From assembly GCA_022562085.1 (NCBI GenBank), contig JADFPY010000001.1, forward strand, positions 1 through 52,240: 52,240 bases of DNA. Reading direction: 5' to 3'. Positions within the stretch are counted from its first letter, which is position 1. Each line of letters begins with the position of its first letter. The DNA comes from Candidatus Zhuqueibacterota bacterium (GTDB lineage: Bacteria; Zhuqueibacterota; Zhuqueibacteria; Oceanimicrobiales; Oceanimicrobiaceae). Of the stretch, positions 1-9,920 are shown one piece after another. Under the pieces are notes generated by a model. That model was given only the letters and a program-made list of their open reading frames with translations, made no database searches and was not told the DNA's origin. A program made the translations under genes and the position numbers.

Positions 1-2
1 TT

Positions 3-1406
3 AAATTCGAAGGTAAACAACCTTACTCAAAGGTAAACTTTCGGGCGGGCAGTTGGGGGTATAGCGACCTGGGGATCCTTTTTGCGTTGCCAATCACAAA
101 AAATGTTAATTTCACGTTCTCTGGTAAGCGCCAGGGATTCGATGGATTCGAAGTTAACAGAATGCATACAGGCTCCAGAATTTTTGGCAGAGTTTCATTT
201 CAACCGCACTCAAAAATGGAATTAAACTATACCATTTTTTTAAACAAAAATGAGTTTGAAATTCCGGCGCCTTTACTACCAGCTTTTGTGCCTTTAGCAT
301 CTGGTGCCAAACGAAAAGACAAGCGTTTGGATCAGGCCCTGTCTTTAAAACTGGGAAGTCTTTCCGAAGAAAATAAACTGCTTAATGCCAGTTTGTTTTT
401 TTCAACTATTCAGGAACAGTCGATTGCAGACTCGGTTGCATTTAATCCCAGAAACATGACTTTCGGCACAAGAATTCAACAGCAAATAATTGCAGGTAAT
501 CATCTTTTTGGTTTCGGAGGAGAATTTAAAACAGATGACCTCTCCAGTCCTCGATTAGGAGATCACACTGATAAGTTTGGACGGGTCTTTATTCAGGATG
601 ATTTTCTTTTGGCCGATAAATGGCGCCTGGGATTACAACTGAACTTAGAGAGGAAAAACGATTATCCAATTGGGTTTAACCCTGCTGCGTTTCTCTATTA
701 TGAACCTACAGAAATCAACAAAATTTGGATGGGTGTCCGGAGGGCGCGGCGTTACCCAAGCTTTGTGGAACGCTTCTGGCCAACCTCGGGTTTTCGTGGA
801 GAACCCGAACTCTCGGCTGAAAGAAGTTCGATTTTTGAATTAGGTTTTAGTTTAAATCGCGACGATGTTCAAGTACATGCAGCTGCTTTTGTGCAGCAAG
901 TTGACAGCTGGATAGGAAACGCTTTACTAAAAAATCTCGACGACTTCGGGCCGGTCGATTTAGGTAAACGAACTGTCTTAGGTCACGACTTTAAATTTAT
1001 CTGGAAATATTTTAAGGGAGGCGAGTTTGGATTTGTTAGCTCTTACTTAACCGTTACCGAACCGGGACCCTCAAAAAGATTGCAGATGCCGGAGATTTCC
1101 ATTTACAGCTATTTGGACTTAGGCGGTCATATGTTTGAAAATTATGTTTATGTAAATATTAGATTCATTGGCAGAGTTTTTGGAGAAAGATCCGGATTGA
1201 TTTATGAAAACAACTCATTTTTGCCTTCGACGGTGAATTTGCCCGAGGCTGTAGTTTTCGACAGTCAAATTTCTTTTCAATTCTCAGATGCCCGTTTGTC
1301 GATTTCAATGGAGAATCTTTTCGATAAAAAATATCAACTGGTGCCAGGGTTTTTTATGCCGCCTAAAACGTTCCGGTTTGGAATTGTCTGGGAGTTTTGG
1401 GATTGA
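3..1406 (+). CDS. TonB-dependent-receptor-like outer-membrane beta-barrel, C-terminal part (5' end outside window)
   Basis: The frame is open from position 3 through the listed start at 87 (KFEGKQPYSKVNFRAGSWGYSDLG...), so the gene is cut by the window edge. It has an alternating beta-strand pattern and an aromatic C-terminus (...FRFGIVWEFWD) typical of OM barrels and TBDRs. Confidence 0.6.
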   Translation, partial: KFEGKQPYSKVNFRAGSWGYSDLGILFALPITKNVNFTFSGKRQGFDGFEVNRMHTGSRIFGRVSFQPHSKMELNYTIFLNKNEFEIPAPLLPAFVPLASGAKRKDKRLDQALSLKLGSLSEENKLLNASLFFSTIQEQSIADSVAFNPRNMTFGTRIQQQIIAGNHLFGFGGEFKTDDLSSPRLGDHTDKFGRVFIQDDFLLADKWRLGLQLNLERKNDYPIGFNPAAFLYYEPTEINKIWMGVRRARRYPSFVERFWPTSGFRGEPELSAERSSIFELGFSLNRDDVQVHAAAFVQQVDSWIGNALLKNLDDFGPVDLGKRTVLGHDFKFIWKYFKGGEFGFVSSYLTVTEPGPSKRLQMPEISIYSYLDLGGHMFENYVYVNIRFIGRVFGERSGLIYENNSFLPSTVNLPEAVVFDSQISFQFSDARLSISMENLFDKKYQLVPGFFMPPKTFRFGIVWEFWD

Positions 1407-1420
1407 CAATAATTTTTTAC

Positions 1421-1449
1421 TTGACATTTAACATTTCTTAGAATATATT
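1421..1449 (+). promoter_or_regulatory. sigma70-type promoter (TTGACA-17 nt-TATATT) upstream of the riboswitch
   Basis: TTGACA at 1421-1426, a 17-nt spacer, then TATATT at 1444-1449. It lies about 20 nt upstream of the riboswitch P1 stem. Confidence 0.5.
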
Positions 1450-1469
1450 AACGTATAATTTCAAACGGA

Positions 1470-1642
1470 CACGGGTATTCTCAGTCTGGCATCTGTCAGA
1501 TTGTGAATGGAAGCCGGTGAAAATCCGGCGCTGCCCCGCAACTGTAAGCAGCTACGAAAGCCGCAAACAAGCCACTTTTCGAACATGATTGGGAAGGCGC
1601 GGTGATTAGGGTGAAGCTGCAAAGCCAGGAGACCTGCCCGTG
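1470..1642 (+). promoter_or_regulatory. Cobalamin (B12) riboswitch aptamer
   Basis: The conserved core GGAAGCCGGTGAAAATCCGGCGCTGCCCCGCAACTGTAA is present. A B12 box AGCCAGGAGACCTGCC lies at 1623-1638. P1 pairing is CACGGG (1470-1475) with CCCGTG (1637-1642). It sits in the leader of a TonB-dependent receptor gene. Confidence 0.9.
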
Positions 1643-1684
1643 GAAACCTTCGAGGGAAGGACAAGCTTAAAATCGATAACGGTT

Positions 1685-1722
1685 AATCCCCGACTTTTTC
1701 CTAAGGTTGGGGATTTTTTTTT
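1685..1722 (+). terminator. Rho-independent terminator, likely the riboswitch expression platform
   Basis: Stem AATCCCCGAC / GTTGGGGATT (one G-U pair) followed by a run of nine T. It lies between the aptamer and the receptor start codon at 1837. Confidence 0.75.
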
Positions 1723-1836
1723 GAACCTACCCGTGTTCATAAACAACGCTGATTAGGTCAGCCTGTCCTTTTCTTAATTCAATTCTGTTCGTTCGCGAAT
1801 AGAAAAATTATTCATTTTTTAAAAAGGGAGGCCGTC

Positions 1837-3981
1837 ATGTTTCATCGTTGGATTATTTTTGTTTGTTTTTCATTTGTTCTGCTATTACCCGCCCGTATTT
1901 TTCCCCAAACAGGTAAACTAAGCGGTTACGTTCTTGATCATTATTCAGGAAAAGCGTTGCCCGGTACCAATATCGTTATAAAGGAAAAAAATATCGGAGT
2001 TGCAGTGGATAATAATGGGTTTTTCATTCTAAACCAAGTTCCTGTCGGTAAAAATGTTGTGGAAATTAGCCGCATCGGATTTGGCTCGATTACTCAAGAA
2101 ATTGAGATAGGAAATGGTCAAACAGCTATCCTGAATTTCCGCTTAAAGGCAGAAGTGGTTAGATTTAGTGAAGTGTTAGTCACAGCGACTCGGGAAAATG
2201 CGTTGCAGAATGAAGTAGCGGTCGCTACCGAAGTTATTTCACGTTTAGAACTTCAAGAGAGCCATTCTCAAAATATCGGGGAGGTTCTTGAGTTTGCAAC
2301 CGGCGTTTTTGTTAAGAATTACGGTCACATCGGTGCACTAAAAACTGCCTCGATTCGCGGAGCCAGCGAAAATCAGATCCTCATTCTTCTCGATGGACAG
2401 CGCTTGAATCTGGCCCAGGGCACTGCTCCGGATTTAAGTGATATTCCATTGCAAGCCATTGAGCGTGTCGAAATCATTCGTGGTGGCAATTCCGCTCTTT
2501 ATGGCACGGATGCGGTTGGCGGCGTTGTTAATTTGATCACTCGTTCAAACACGGAAAGCAAGCCGTTATCGGGTCAAGTTACAACGACTGCAGGATCTTT
2601 TGGGACACGGGTACTTGAAGCAAATTTCGGCCAGAAATTGAATAAGTTTGACTATTTTTTGGCTCATACTTACATCAGCAGCGATGGAGATTTCAGCATT
2701 GAAGATTCGCAAGGCAGCTCAGTAAAAAGAACGAACAACGAACTGACTTTGAATGATACGTTTTTTAAAGTTAGATATACCCCAAATTCTGCCAGTCAAA
2801 TCAGTGGGTTCGTTCAGATTCATGATGCCGACCGAGGCGCACCAGGCCCAACAAGTTTTCCGTCCGAGACAGCTATCCAAAAAGATAAATCGTGGAAGTA
2901 CAATTTATTCTACCGGCAACAATTTGCTGCAAGGCTTGGCCTAAAAGCCCAAACCTATTTCTATAAATTCAAACAAAATTTTGACGATCCGAATCCAGCT
3001 TTTCCTTTCTCAAGTGAACATAAAAATGATGTCTTAGGATTTAATTTTCAATCAAATTGGCGAGCATCAAATTCAAACGAGATCACGGGAGGTTATGAAT
3101 TTCGGCAAGACAAAATTAACAGTACAGATGTTGCTTTGCAAAAGCGCAGTAACCACAGTGTTTTTTTACAGGATCAAATTCGGTCTTCATTAAAACAAAA
3201 TTTCGAAATTACTCTCGTGCCTGCACTGAGGTGGGATAAATTTTCTGATCTCGATGAGCAGATCAGTCCCAAGATGGGATTCTCACTTAGATACCTAGCC
3301 GGGTTTCAGTTGAATCTTAGAGGCAATTGGGGAAAGTCTTTCCGTGCGCCTTCTTTTAACGATCTTTACTGGCCTGCTGGTCCTTTTGCCGTAGGTAATC
3401 CCGATTTAAAACCTGAAAAAGGAATCGGTTATGATTTAGGGTTCCTGCTAAATTTAAAAAGAACCGGGTATTGGGCTTTTGAAGTAAACTATTTCAATTC
3501 GAACTTGGAGAATTTAATTATCTGGGGGCCGGATGCGAACTTTGTATTTAGTCCGGAAAACGTGCAAGAGGCGAGCATCAAGGGGTTTGAATCGAGACTA
3601 AGCTACAGTGATCCAAATGATATCGCCCATCTGAATTTAGATTATACTTATCTCGATGCCGAGGATGCGGTGAACAATAATCAGTTGATTTATCGACCCA
3701 AGCATCAACTAAAGGCTGAATTGATTGTGAGTATCAAGCAAATTCGAGTGAAAGGTGGGTTTAGATTCCTGGGGAAAAGATTTACTAACGCCGATAACTC
3801 AAGCTTGCTAGACTCGCATAGTTTAGTTGATATTGGAGCCGCTTGGAATCAACCTTTTAATGTTGGTAATTTCAAGATTAAGATAGCAATGCGGAACATC
3901 TTTGATAAACAAATAAAAGTTATTGACGGTTTTCCTGCACCCGGACGTGAACTGCGATCCAGTGTGGGTTTTACATTCTAA
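1837..3981 (+). CDS. TonB-dependent receptor, BtuB-like function inferred from the riboswitch
   Basis: Signal peptide MFHRWIIFVCFSFVLLLPARIFPQ. N-terminal CarboxypepD_reg-like segment (GKLSGYVLD...NNGFFILNQVPVG). Plug motifs (SIRGASENQILILLDGQRLN; IERVEIIRGGNSALYGTDAVGGVVNLIT). Barrel ending ...SSVGFTF. SD GGGAGG lies upstream. Confidence 0.9.
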   Translation: MFHRWIIFVCFSFVLLLPARIFPQTGKLSGYVLDHYSGKALPGTNIVIKEKNIGVAVDNNGFFILNQVPVGKNVVEISRIGFGSITQEIEIGNGQTAILNFRLKAEVVRFSEVLVTATRENALQNEVAVATEVISRLELQESHSQNIGEVLEFATGVFVKNYGHIGALKTASIRGASENQILILLDGQRLNLAQGTAPDLSDIPLQAIERVEIIRGGNSALYGTDAVGGVVNLITRSNTESKPLSGQVTTTAGSFGTRVLEANFGQKLNKFDYFLAHTYISSDGDFSIEDSQGSSVKRTNNELTLNDTFFKVRYTPNSASQISGFVQIHDADRGAPGPTSFPSETAIQKDKSWKYNLFYRQQFAARLGLKAQTYFYKFKQNFDDPNPAFPFSSEHKNDVLGFNFQSNWRASNSNEITGGYEFRQDKINSTDVALQKRSNHSVFLQDQIRSSLKQNFEITLVPALRWDKFSDLDEQISPKMGFSLRYLAGFQLNLRGNWGKSFRAPSFNDLYWPAGPFAVGNPDLKPEKGIGYDLGFLLNLKRTGYWAFEVNYFNSNLENLIIWGPDANFVFSPENVQEASIKGFESRLSYSDPNDIAHLNLDYTYLDAEDAVNNNQLIYRPKHQLKAELIVSIKQIRVKGGFRFLGKRFTNADNSSLLDSHSLVDIGAAWNQPFNVGNFKIKIAMRNIFDKQIKVIDGFPAPGRELRSSVGFTF

Positions 3982-4020
3982 AATGTTTCAGGGGTTTCCC
4001 AACAATGAACTTTAAGTAGG

Positions 4021-4076
4021 GTATCGCAGTGGCTTCCGACACTGCGATACTTGAGCCGGTGGCTGAGGCCACCGGC
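4021..4076. repeat. Two tandem GC-rich perfect hairpins (REP-like or terminator-like)
   Basis: GTATCGCAGTG-8 nt-CACTGCGATAC (4021-4050) is followed by GCCGGTGGC-TGAG-GCCACCGGC (4055-4076). No T-run follows. Confidence 0.5.
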
Positions 4077-4118
4077 CTACCCGCTTGCATTTAAGATTTA
4101 TCTCAACAAAAACACAAA

Positions 4119-5039
4119 ATGAAAATCGTTTCGCTCTTACCCAGTGCAACCGAAATTGTTTATGCGCTTGGCTTAGGTGAGCAGCTTTTGGCGGTCACAC
4201 ACGAATGTGACTATCCGTCTGGAGCCACCGAGAAGCCGGTAATTACTTCAAGTGTTTTAGAGCATTCGCATAGTTCGAGTCTACAAATACACAAAGGCAT
4301 TACCGGCTTGGTTCATGAAGGAAAAAGCATTTACCATTTGAATGAAAAACTGCTTGCTGAAATTAAACCGGATTTGATTTTGACACAAGAACTATGTGAT
4401 GTTTGTGCAGTTTCTTATAACATTGTCTTTGAGGCAGCAAAAATTTTGGAGGGCGAGGAGGAAATTATTTCTCTGGAACCGCATTTTTTTCGAGATATTT
4501 TGTCAAACATTTTGCTGGTTGGAGAAAAGACAGGAAAGAATCAGCAAGCTAAACAGTTAATTGAATCGTTTGAGCAAAGAATTGCTTTTGTAGAGGATAA
4601 AACCAGCAAACTAACTGCTCCCCGCAAAGTTTATTGCATGGAATGGATCGATCCGCCGTTTGCTGCCGGCCACTGGATTTCCGAAATGGTATCGATTGCC
4701 GGCGGCAGAGAAGAGTTGGCCGTTAAGGGAAAGCCATCCGTGCAAATTGAGTGGCAAGATGTGGTTGATTACGCCCCGGAGATTCTTGTTTTCATGCCCT
4801 GCGGGTTTGGTTTAGAAAAATCGATTGCAGAAGCAAAGCAGGTTCAAAGTTGGCCGGGCTGGTCAGATCTCCCTGCTGTGCAAAAAGATCAAGTTTATGC
4901 GGTAGACGGCTCCTCATTTTTTAACCGGCCGGGTCCAAGGCTAGTCGATGGCCTCGAAATTCTTGCTCAAATACTCAATCCGGAGATTTTTTCTTCTATT
5001 TCACAGCAGCAAAATTACCAAAAAATACCTTTCGCCTGA
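4119..5039 (+). CDS. BtuF/FhuD-class periplasmic-binding-protein-fold protein (cobalamin-binding-like)
   Basis: N-terminus KIVSLLPSATEIVYALGLGEQLLAVTHECDYP and C-terminal FNRPGPRLVDGLEILAQIL are typical of PBP type-2 B12/siderophore binders. It is co-directional behind the riboswitch-controlled receptor. No signal peptide is evident. Confidence 0.7.
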   Translation: MKIVSLLPSATEIVYALGLGEQLLAVTHECDYPSGATEKPVITSSVLEHSHSSSLQIHKGITGLVHEGKSIYHLNEKLLAEIKPDLILTQELCDVCAVSYNIVFEAAKILEGEEEIISLEPHFFRDILSNILLVGEKTGKNQQAKQLIESFEQRIAFVEDKTSKLTAPRKVYCMEWIDPPFAAGHWISEMVSIAGGREELAVKGKPSVQIEWQDVVDYAPEILVFMPCGFGLEKSIAEAKQVQSWPGWSDLPAVQKDQVYAVDGSSFFNRPGPRLVDGLEILAQILNPEIFSSISQQQNYQKIPFA

Positions 5040-5537
5040 TAACCGTTCATATGTTTGGATTTCTACCATTTAATCTGCATAAATTATACCCTAAAATTAT
5101 TGAATCAACTCAGTTAGAACATAAGCAGGTAATTGTGATAGTATATAGGATTAAAAAACCGGCTCCTTTTTGACTAACGTATTTTTTACATGCAAAATGT
5201 TACTATACTTTAACTGCGTTTCAACAAATATTACTTGACTATCAAGTTTATAAATTGTATTTTTTTGGTAAAAGTGAACGGTTTCTGACCACCTCGATTA
5301 CGATTTCAAATTGTTTTATTACCTATAAATTTGAAAAAAACTTCAATGAAAACACCGGTTGAATTGTTTGACTGTGAACTCATTTCTTCTTTTTTTTAGG
5401 AGTGAGTTGTTTAAAGATGAGATGAGTGAACCCACCGAAATAGTCCAACACGGTTACTATGTTAGTCCCAAGCGCTGCAGAAAATTCAAAACCTACTGAC
5501 TATTTCAAAATTTAACTAAAAGTGAGCACAAGCGAGC

Positions 5538-6476
5538 ATGCCTAGCAGCAGGATACTGGTTGTCGATGATGTCCCGGTAAATATTCAATTACTCGTTACC
5601 TATCTTGCTGCTGAAGGCTATGATGTCGTTTCGGCCAAAGATGGGCACGATGCGATGAAAGCGGTTAAGGAGCATCAGCCGGATTTGATTTTACTCGATG
5701 TTATGATGCCCAAAATGAATGGCTTTAAAGTCTGCGAAGTAATTAAATCTGATGACGCTACTAAATTTATTCCGGTGATTCTGGTGACGGCGCTTAACGA
5801 ATTGGAAGATAAAGTTAAAGGCATGAATTCCGGAGCTGATGACTTTTTGGCCAAACCGTTTAACAAATTAGAACTGCTTGTTAGAGTCCGTTCGCTATTG
5901 CGGATTAAGCATTTGCACGACGAGCTTCAGGAAAAAGTTATTGAGCTGCAAAGAACAAAAGAAGAATTGCGTCAGCTTGCTATTACAGATGGATTGACCG
6001 GTTTATATAATTATCGTTACTTCAAAGAGCAGTTGCTGCAGGAGTTAAAACGGGCGCAACGGCACAGTTTGAACATATCCGTTGTGATGATCGACATTGA
6101 TCACTTTAAACAATATAATGATAAAAATGGCCACCCTGCCGGCGACGTTGTCCTGAAAGACATTGCGCGATTACTTAGAGACAATATTCGAAATATTGAC
6201 CTGGCAGCAAGGTATGGCGGTGAAGAATTTTCCCTCATTCTCATTGAAACTGATAAACCGTCGGCAAAAATTGTATCTGAAAAAATAAGAAAGCTTGTCG
6301 AAGACTATGGTTTTGCTTATGAAAGTTCTCAGCCGGACGGTAAGCTGACCATAAGTACCGGTGTTGCAACATTCCCGGAAGACGGCGAAGATTTCGATAC
6401 TTTGGTCAGTAAAGCAGATCAACGATTATATCGTGCCAAAGAGGCGGGCAGGAACCTTATTTTTGTAGATTCATAG
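5538..6476 (+). CDS. Response regulator with GGDEF diguanylate cyclase output (PleD/WspR-like)
   Basis: REC motifs: LVVDDVPVN, DLILLDVMMPKMNGF, LAKPF. The GGDEF domain has an intact GGEEF and an RxxD I-site (RNID, five residues upstream). Confidence 0.9.
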   Translation: MPSSRILVVDDVPVNIQLLVTYLAAEGYDVVSAKDGHDAMKAVKEHQPDLILLDVMMPKMNGFKVCEVIKSDDATKFIPVILVTALNELEDKVKGMNSGADDFLAKPFNKLELLVRVRSLLRIKHLHDELQEKVIELQRTKEELRQLAITDGLTGLYNYRYFKEQLLQELKRAQRHSLNISVVMIDIDHFKQYNDKNGHPAGDVVLKDIARLLRDNIRNIDLAARYGGEEFSLILIETDKPSAKIVSEKIRKLVEDYGFAYESSQPDGKLTISTGVATFPEDGEDFDTLVSKADQRLYRAKEAGRNLIFVDS

Positions 6477-6481
6477 AGAGG

Positions 6482-7981
6482 TTGATGAAATTTCCATTTA
6501 TAAAAAGACCTTCAATTTTTAAGAAGTTATTTCTTTTAACATTTCTTGTTGCTGCAGTTCCAATTGGATTGTCCTGGATTTATTTTATCTACGTGGGCAC
6601 CGGCCTGGACAGCCAGGTTGATTTGCCCTTTGTCTATTACGGACTATTTATGTTGACTCTGTGTTTGGCTGTCATTGGCGCTTATTACTTTAGCAGGCAA
6701 ATCAGCCGTCCTATTACTCAGTTCAAAAATAGCGCCCTTGAAATTGCTCGCGGTAATTTCGACCATAAAATTTCAATAGATTCTGATGACGAAATAGGCA
6801 AACTGGCCAAAATTTTTGATTATATGACCGAGGAATTTCGCAAGCAGCATATTCAGGGAAGTCTGTCTCAGAAAAAGCAAATTGAGACGATTCTTCAGGA
6901 AATCGGGGATGGCGTTATTGTTACGGATGCGAATAATAAGATCCTGCGAATCAATTCAGTTGCAATTAAGTGGTTTAATTTGGATGAAAATAGCGAAAAA
7001 AAACCTCTTCGGGATTTAATTGAAGACGAAACATTGGTTAAATGTATAGATGAAATTGGCAGAAATAGCAAAAAGAAAAGTGCAACCATCGAGATAACTA
7101 CGTTACCGCTGGGTGAAACTAAACCCATAATTCTGCAAGCGTTGGCTTCCCGAATTGAAGACGACGAGGGCGTCGGAGCAGAAATGAATAACACGGAAGG
7201 GCTGATTGGTGTGGCGACGATTTTTCGGGATATTACCCGGGAAAAAGAAATAGATCGTTTAAAGACCGAATTGGTCTCTCTGGTTGCACATGAGCTCAGA
7301 TCCCCGCTCACTTGTATTTCCGGCTTTAGTGAATTGCTCCTGGATGAAACCATCACCCGCGATCAATCCGAGGAATATGCTTCCATTATCCTTAAGGAAT
7401 CAAATCGTTTAAGTGAGCTGATAAACAAGTTTCTGGATATTTCAAAAATTGAGGCTGGAAAAAGCCAGATTAGAAAAACTCCCGTCGATATAAAGATGCT
7501 GGTTGAAAAAGTACTGGATTTTAATTCTCAATTGGCTGACAGAAAGAAAATTAGTGTTACTTTAGAAGTGCCGTCGGAGGTCACGACGATTTACATCGAT
7601 CGGGATATGATGGAACAAGCAATTTTGAATGTATATTCAAATGCAATTAAATACAGCGCTGAAAAAGCCCACGTGACCGTACGGATCACTGAAAGTGAAG
7701 AGGAAATCCAAATCGGTATTGAAGATACGGGATTTGGTATTTCGGAGGAGTCGCTCCCACATATTTTTGACAAATTTTATAGAATCACTGATGACGAAAA
7801 AGTTCGAGATATCGCTGGCTCCGGATTAGGACTTTCATTAGTTAAGGAAATTGTAGAAATACACGGGGGTCTAATTAGGGTTAAGAGCAAGCTGGGTCAG
7901 GGGTCAACATTTACCGTCATTCTTCCCAAAAACAAACAAATGACAGAAGAGGAAAATATTGCTGAGCAGATGGCTGGTTAA
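6482..7981 (+). CDS. Membrane sensor histidine kinase (2 TM-HAMP-PAS-HisKA-HATPase_c)
   Basis: Two hydrophobic N-terminal segments. H-box VAHELRSPLTCISGF. ATPase boxes NAIKYS, DTGFGI, GSGLGLSLV. The start may be the ATG at 6485 rather than the TTG at 6482. Confidence 0.9.
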   Translation: MMKFPFIKRPSIFKKLFLLTFLVAAVPIGLSWIYFIYVGTGLDSQVDLPFVYYGLFMLTLCLAVIGAYYFSRQISRPITQFKNSALEIARGNFDHKISIDSDDEIGKLAKIFDYMTEEFRKQHIQGSLSQKKQIETILQEIGDGVIVTDANNKILRINSVAIKWFNLDENSEKKPLRDLIEDETLVKCIDEIGRNSKKKSATIEITTLPLGETKPIILQALASRIEDDEGVGAEMNNTEGLIGVATIFRDITREKEIDRLKTELVSLVAHELRSPLTCISGFSELLLDETITRDQSEEYASIILKESNRLSELINKFLDISKIEAGKSQIRKTPVDIKMLVEKVLDFNSQLADRKKISVTLEVPSEVTTIYIDRDMMEQAILNVYSNAIKYSAEKAHVTVRITESEEEIQIGIEDTGFGISEESLPHIFDKFYRITDDEKVRDIAGSGLGLSLVKEIVEIHGGLIRVKSKLGQGSTFTVILPKNKQMTEEENIAEQMAG

Positions 7982-8013
7982 CATAACTCAGGTGTTTATT
8001 TAGCGCCGCGCCC

Positions 8014-9915
8014 ATGGATAATAACAAAAAGATAATTCTACTTGTGGATGATGATCCTGATATGCTTGAAATTGGCGGCATTATTGTTAAGCGAGCCGGA
8101 TATGGGTGCATCCCCGCTATGTCCGGAGAAGAGGGATTGGCCTCTCTAATCCAAAACAAGCCGGATCTGGTCATACTGGATTATATGATGCCTAACATGA
8201 ATGGGTTTGAGTTTTTCCAGCAACTCAGGCAAAATTCAAAATACAAAATTGTGCGGGATACGCCAGTTATTCTATTAACGGCTGCTTCTGAGAAAGAGAC
8301 AGAACGACAGAAGTTGTTCGAGTTAGGATTAAGCAATTTCCTATTGAAACCTTTTGGCAATCGCGAGTTGTTAAATATTATCGATAATGTCTTAATTCAA
8401 CATGAGCTACGTTTAAAAAATAAGGAGTTGCAAGAGCAGGTTAAGCGCATAGAATACAAATACCAGGACTTGATTGAGAATGCTAGTGATTTAATCTTCA
8501 CCTTAGATGTGCAGGCGAAGTTTGTTTTCATCAACAGACGCATGGCCACAATTTGTAAACAACATAGAGAAGATTGGATCGACAAGAGTTTTTTTGATAT
8601 TATTGTTGTCGAGGATCGGGAAGAGGCCGCAGCGAAAGTAAAGAAAACCATAGAAGGTCGGTCAAGAATTTTTGAAGTTCGGATTAAAAGCGAAAAGGGC
8701 AAATATATTTACCTTTCCATTAACATAAATCCAATATTCGAAAAGGGAGAAATTGTAGGATGTGTCGGTATTGCTCGGGATATCACCGAAAAGAAACAGC
8801 TAGGCCAGGAAATTGTTGAATTAAAAAATTTCAATGAGAGCATAATACAAAGTATAAGTTCAGGTTTAATTACAGTTGATCTGCATCATAAGATAACCTC
8901 TTTTAACCACAGTGCTGAAGAAGTGTTGGGATATCCGGAAATTGAGGTCATTGGCAAACCCTTAAATGAAGTTTTTGCAAAGGAAGATTGCGAAAAATTA
9001 CTGTCAAACATGGATGAGCCGGATAGAGAGCTTTTGAACCGTGAGATGCCGCTGACTGCCAAAGACGGCAATCGGGTTTATATCGGTTTTACCGTTACGC
9101 CAAGAATCGACACGCAAAATCGGCGGGTTGGCTCGATAATTTCTTTTAAGGACATTACGCAAATAAAACAGATGCAGGTCGAAGTTCAGAGGATGGATAG
9201 GTTGGCATCTATGGGGGTTCTGGCTTCAGGAATTGCCCATGAAATCAGAAACCCTCTCGCCGGTATCAAAACTATCGCCCAAACATTAGAGGAAGATATC
9301 GAGCCCGATGATTCCCGTCGTGAATATGTCTCCCGTATTGTTCGGCAAGTCAACCGGATGGATGATTTACTTAAGACAATCTTTTCTTATGCAAAACCCC
9401 GCCAGCCAAAAAGAAATTTGCACCGGTTCCAGGAAATAGTACAGGAAGTTGTTGCTTTATTGGAGAATCGAATGCGGGCACAATCTGTTAAATACATTGA
9501 AGCCTATCATTCTGATTTGCCCTTGGTTCATGTTGATTTTCATCAATTAGAACAGGTATTTGTAAATTTGTTTCTAAATGCCTTAGATGCCATGCCCAAA
9601 GGGGGCGAGTTAAAGCTCGAGGCCTATCCAAAAATAACGACGCTATGCCGTGTCGATCGGCGTGGGCGTTCTTTCTCGGTTCAAAACAAGAGCTCTCTGT
9701 ACACCGAGGTCAGCATAACCGATACCGGAGAGGGAATTGATTCGAGTAACCTGAATTCGATTTTCAATCCATTTTTCACCACCAAACCTCAGGGCTCTGG
9801 TTTGGGGTTGTCAATTGTTTATAGAATTATGTCGGAACATCAAGGAGATATCCAGGTAGGCACCACCACAAATAACGGTACGACATTTAAGCTCCTGTTA
9901 CCTACGGAGGGATAA
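8014..9915 (+). CDS. Cytoplasmic hybrid sensor kinase (REC-PAS-PAS-HisKA-HATPase_c)
   Basis: N-terminal receiver: LLVDDDPDM, DLVILDYMMPNMNGF, LLKPF. Two PAS-like segments. NtrB/AtoS-type H-box GIAHEIRNPLAGI. ATPase boxes DTGEGI, GSGLGLSIVY. Confidence 0.9.
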   Translation: MDNNKKIILLVDDDPDMLEIGGIIVKRAGYGCIPAMSGEEGLASLIQNKPDLVILDYMMPNMNGFEFFQQLRQNSKYKIVRDTPVILLTAASEKETERQKLFELGLSNFLLKPFGNRELLNIIDNVLIQHELRLKNKELQEQVKRIEYKYQDLIENASDLIFTLDVQAKFVFINRRMATICKQHREDWIDKSFFDIIVVEDREEAAAKVKKTIEGRSRIFEVRIKSEKGKYIYLSININPIFEKGEIVGCVGIARDITEKKQLGQEIVELKNFNESIIQSISSGLITVDLHHKITSFNHSAEEVLGYPEIEVIGKPLNEVFAKEDCEKLLSNMDEPDRELLNREMPLTAKDGNRVYIGFTVTPRIDTQNRRVGSIISFKDITQIKQMQVEVQRMDRLASMGVLASGIAHEIRNPLAGIKTIAQTLEEDIEPDDSRREYVSRIVRQVNRMDDLLKTIFSYAKPRQPKRNLHRFQEIVQEVVALLENRMRAQSVKYIEAYHSDLPLVHVDFHQLEQVFVNLFLNALDAMPKGGELKLEAYPKITTLCRVDRRGRSFSVQNKSSLYTEVSITDTGEGIDSSNLNSIFNPFFTTKPQGSGLGLSIVYRIMSEHQGDIQVGTTTNNGTTFKLLLPTEG

Positions 9916-9920
9916 GATTT

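Noticed and set aside
1461-1664. 67-aa minus-strand ORF in the ORF track.
   Set aside because: It lies entirely within the cobalamin riboswitch aptamer on the opposite strand. Its composition reflects the GC-rich RNA structure, and I see no RBS or family resemblance.
2753-2944. 63-aa same-strand alternate-frame ORF inside the TonB-dependent receptor. Similar internal ORFs occur at 10438-10650, 15524-15724, 20158-20355, 27245-27442, 46721-47011 and 51453-51650.
   Set aside because: They are embedded in conserved genes in other frames. They lack RBSs and have no recognisable motifs.
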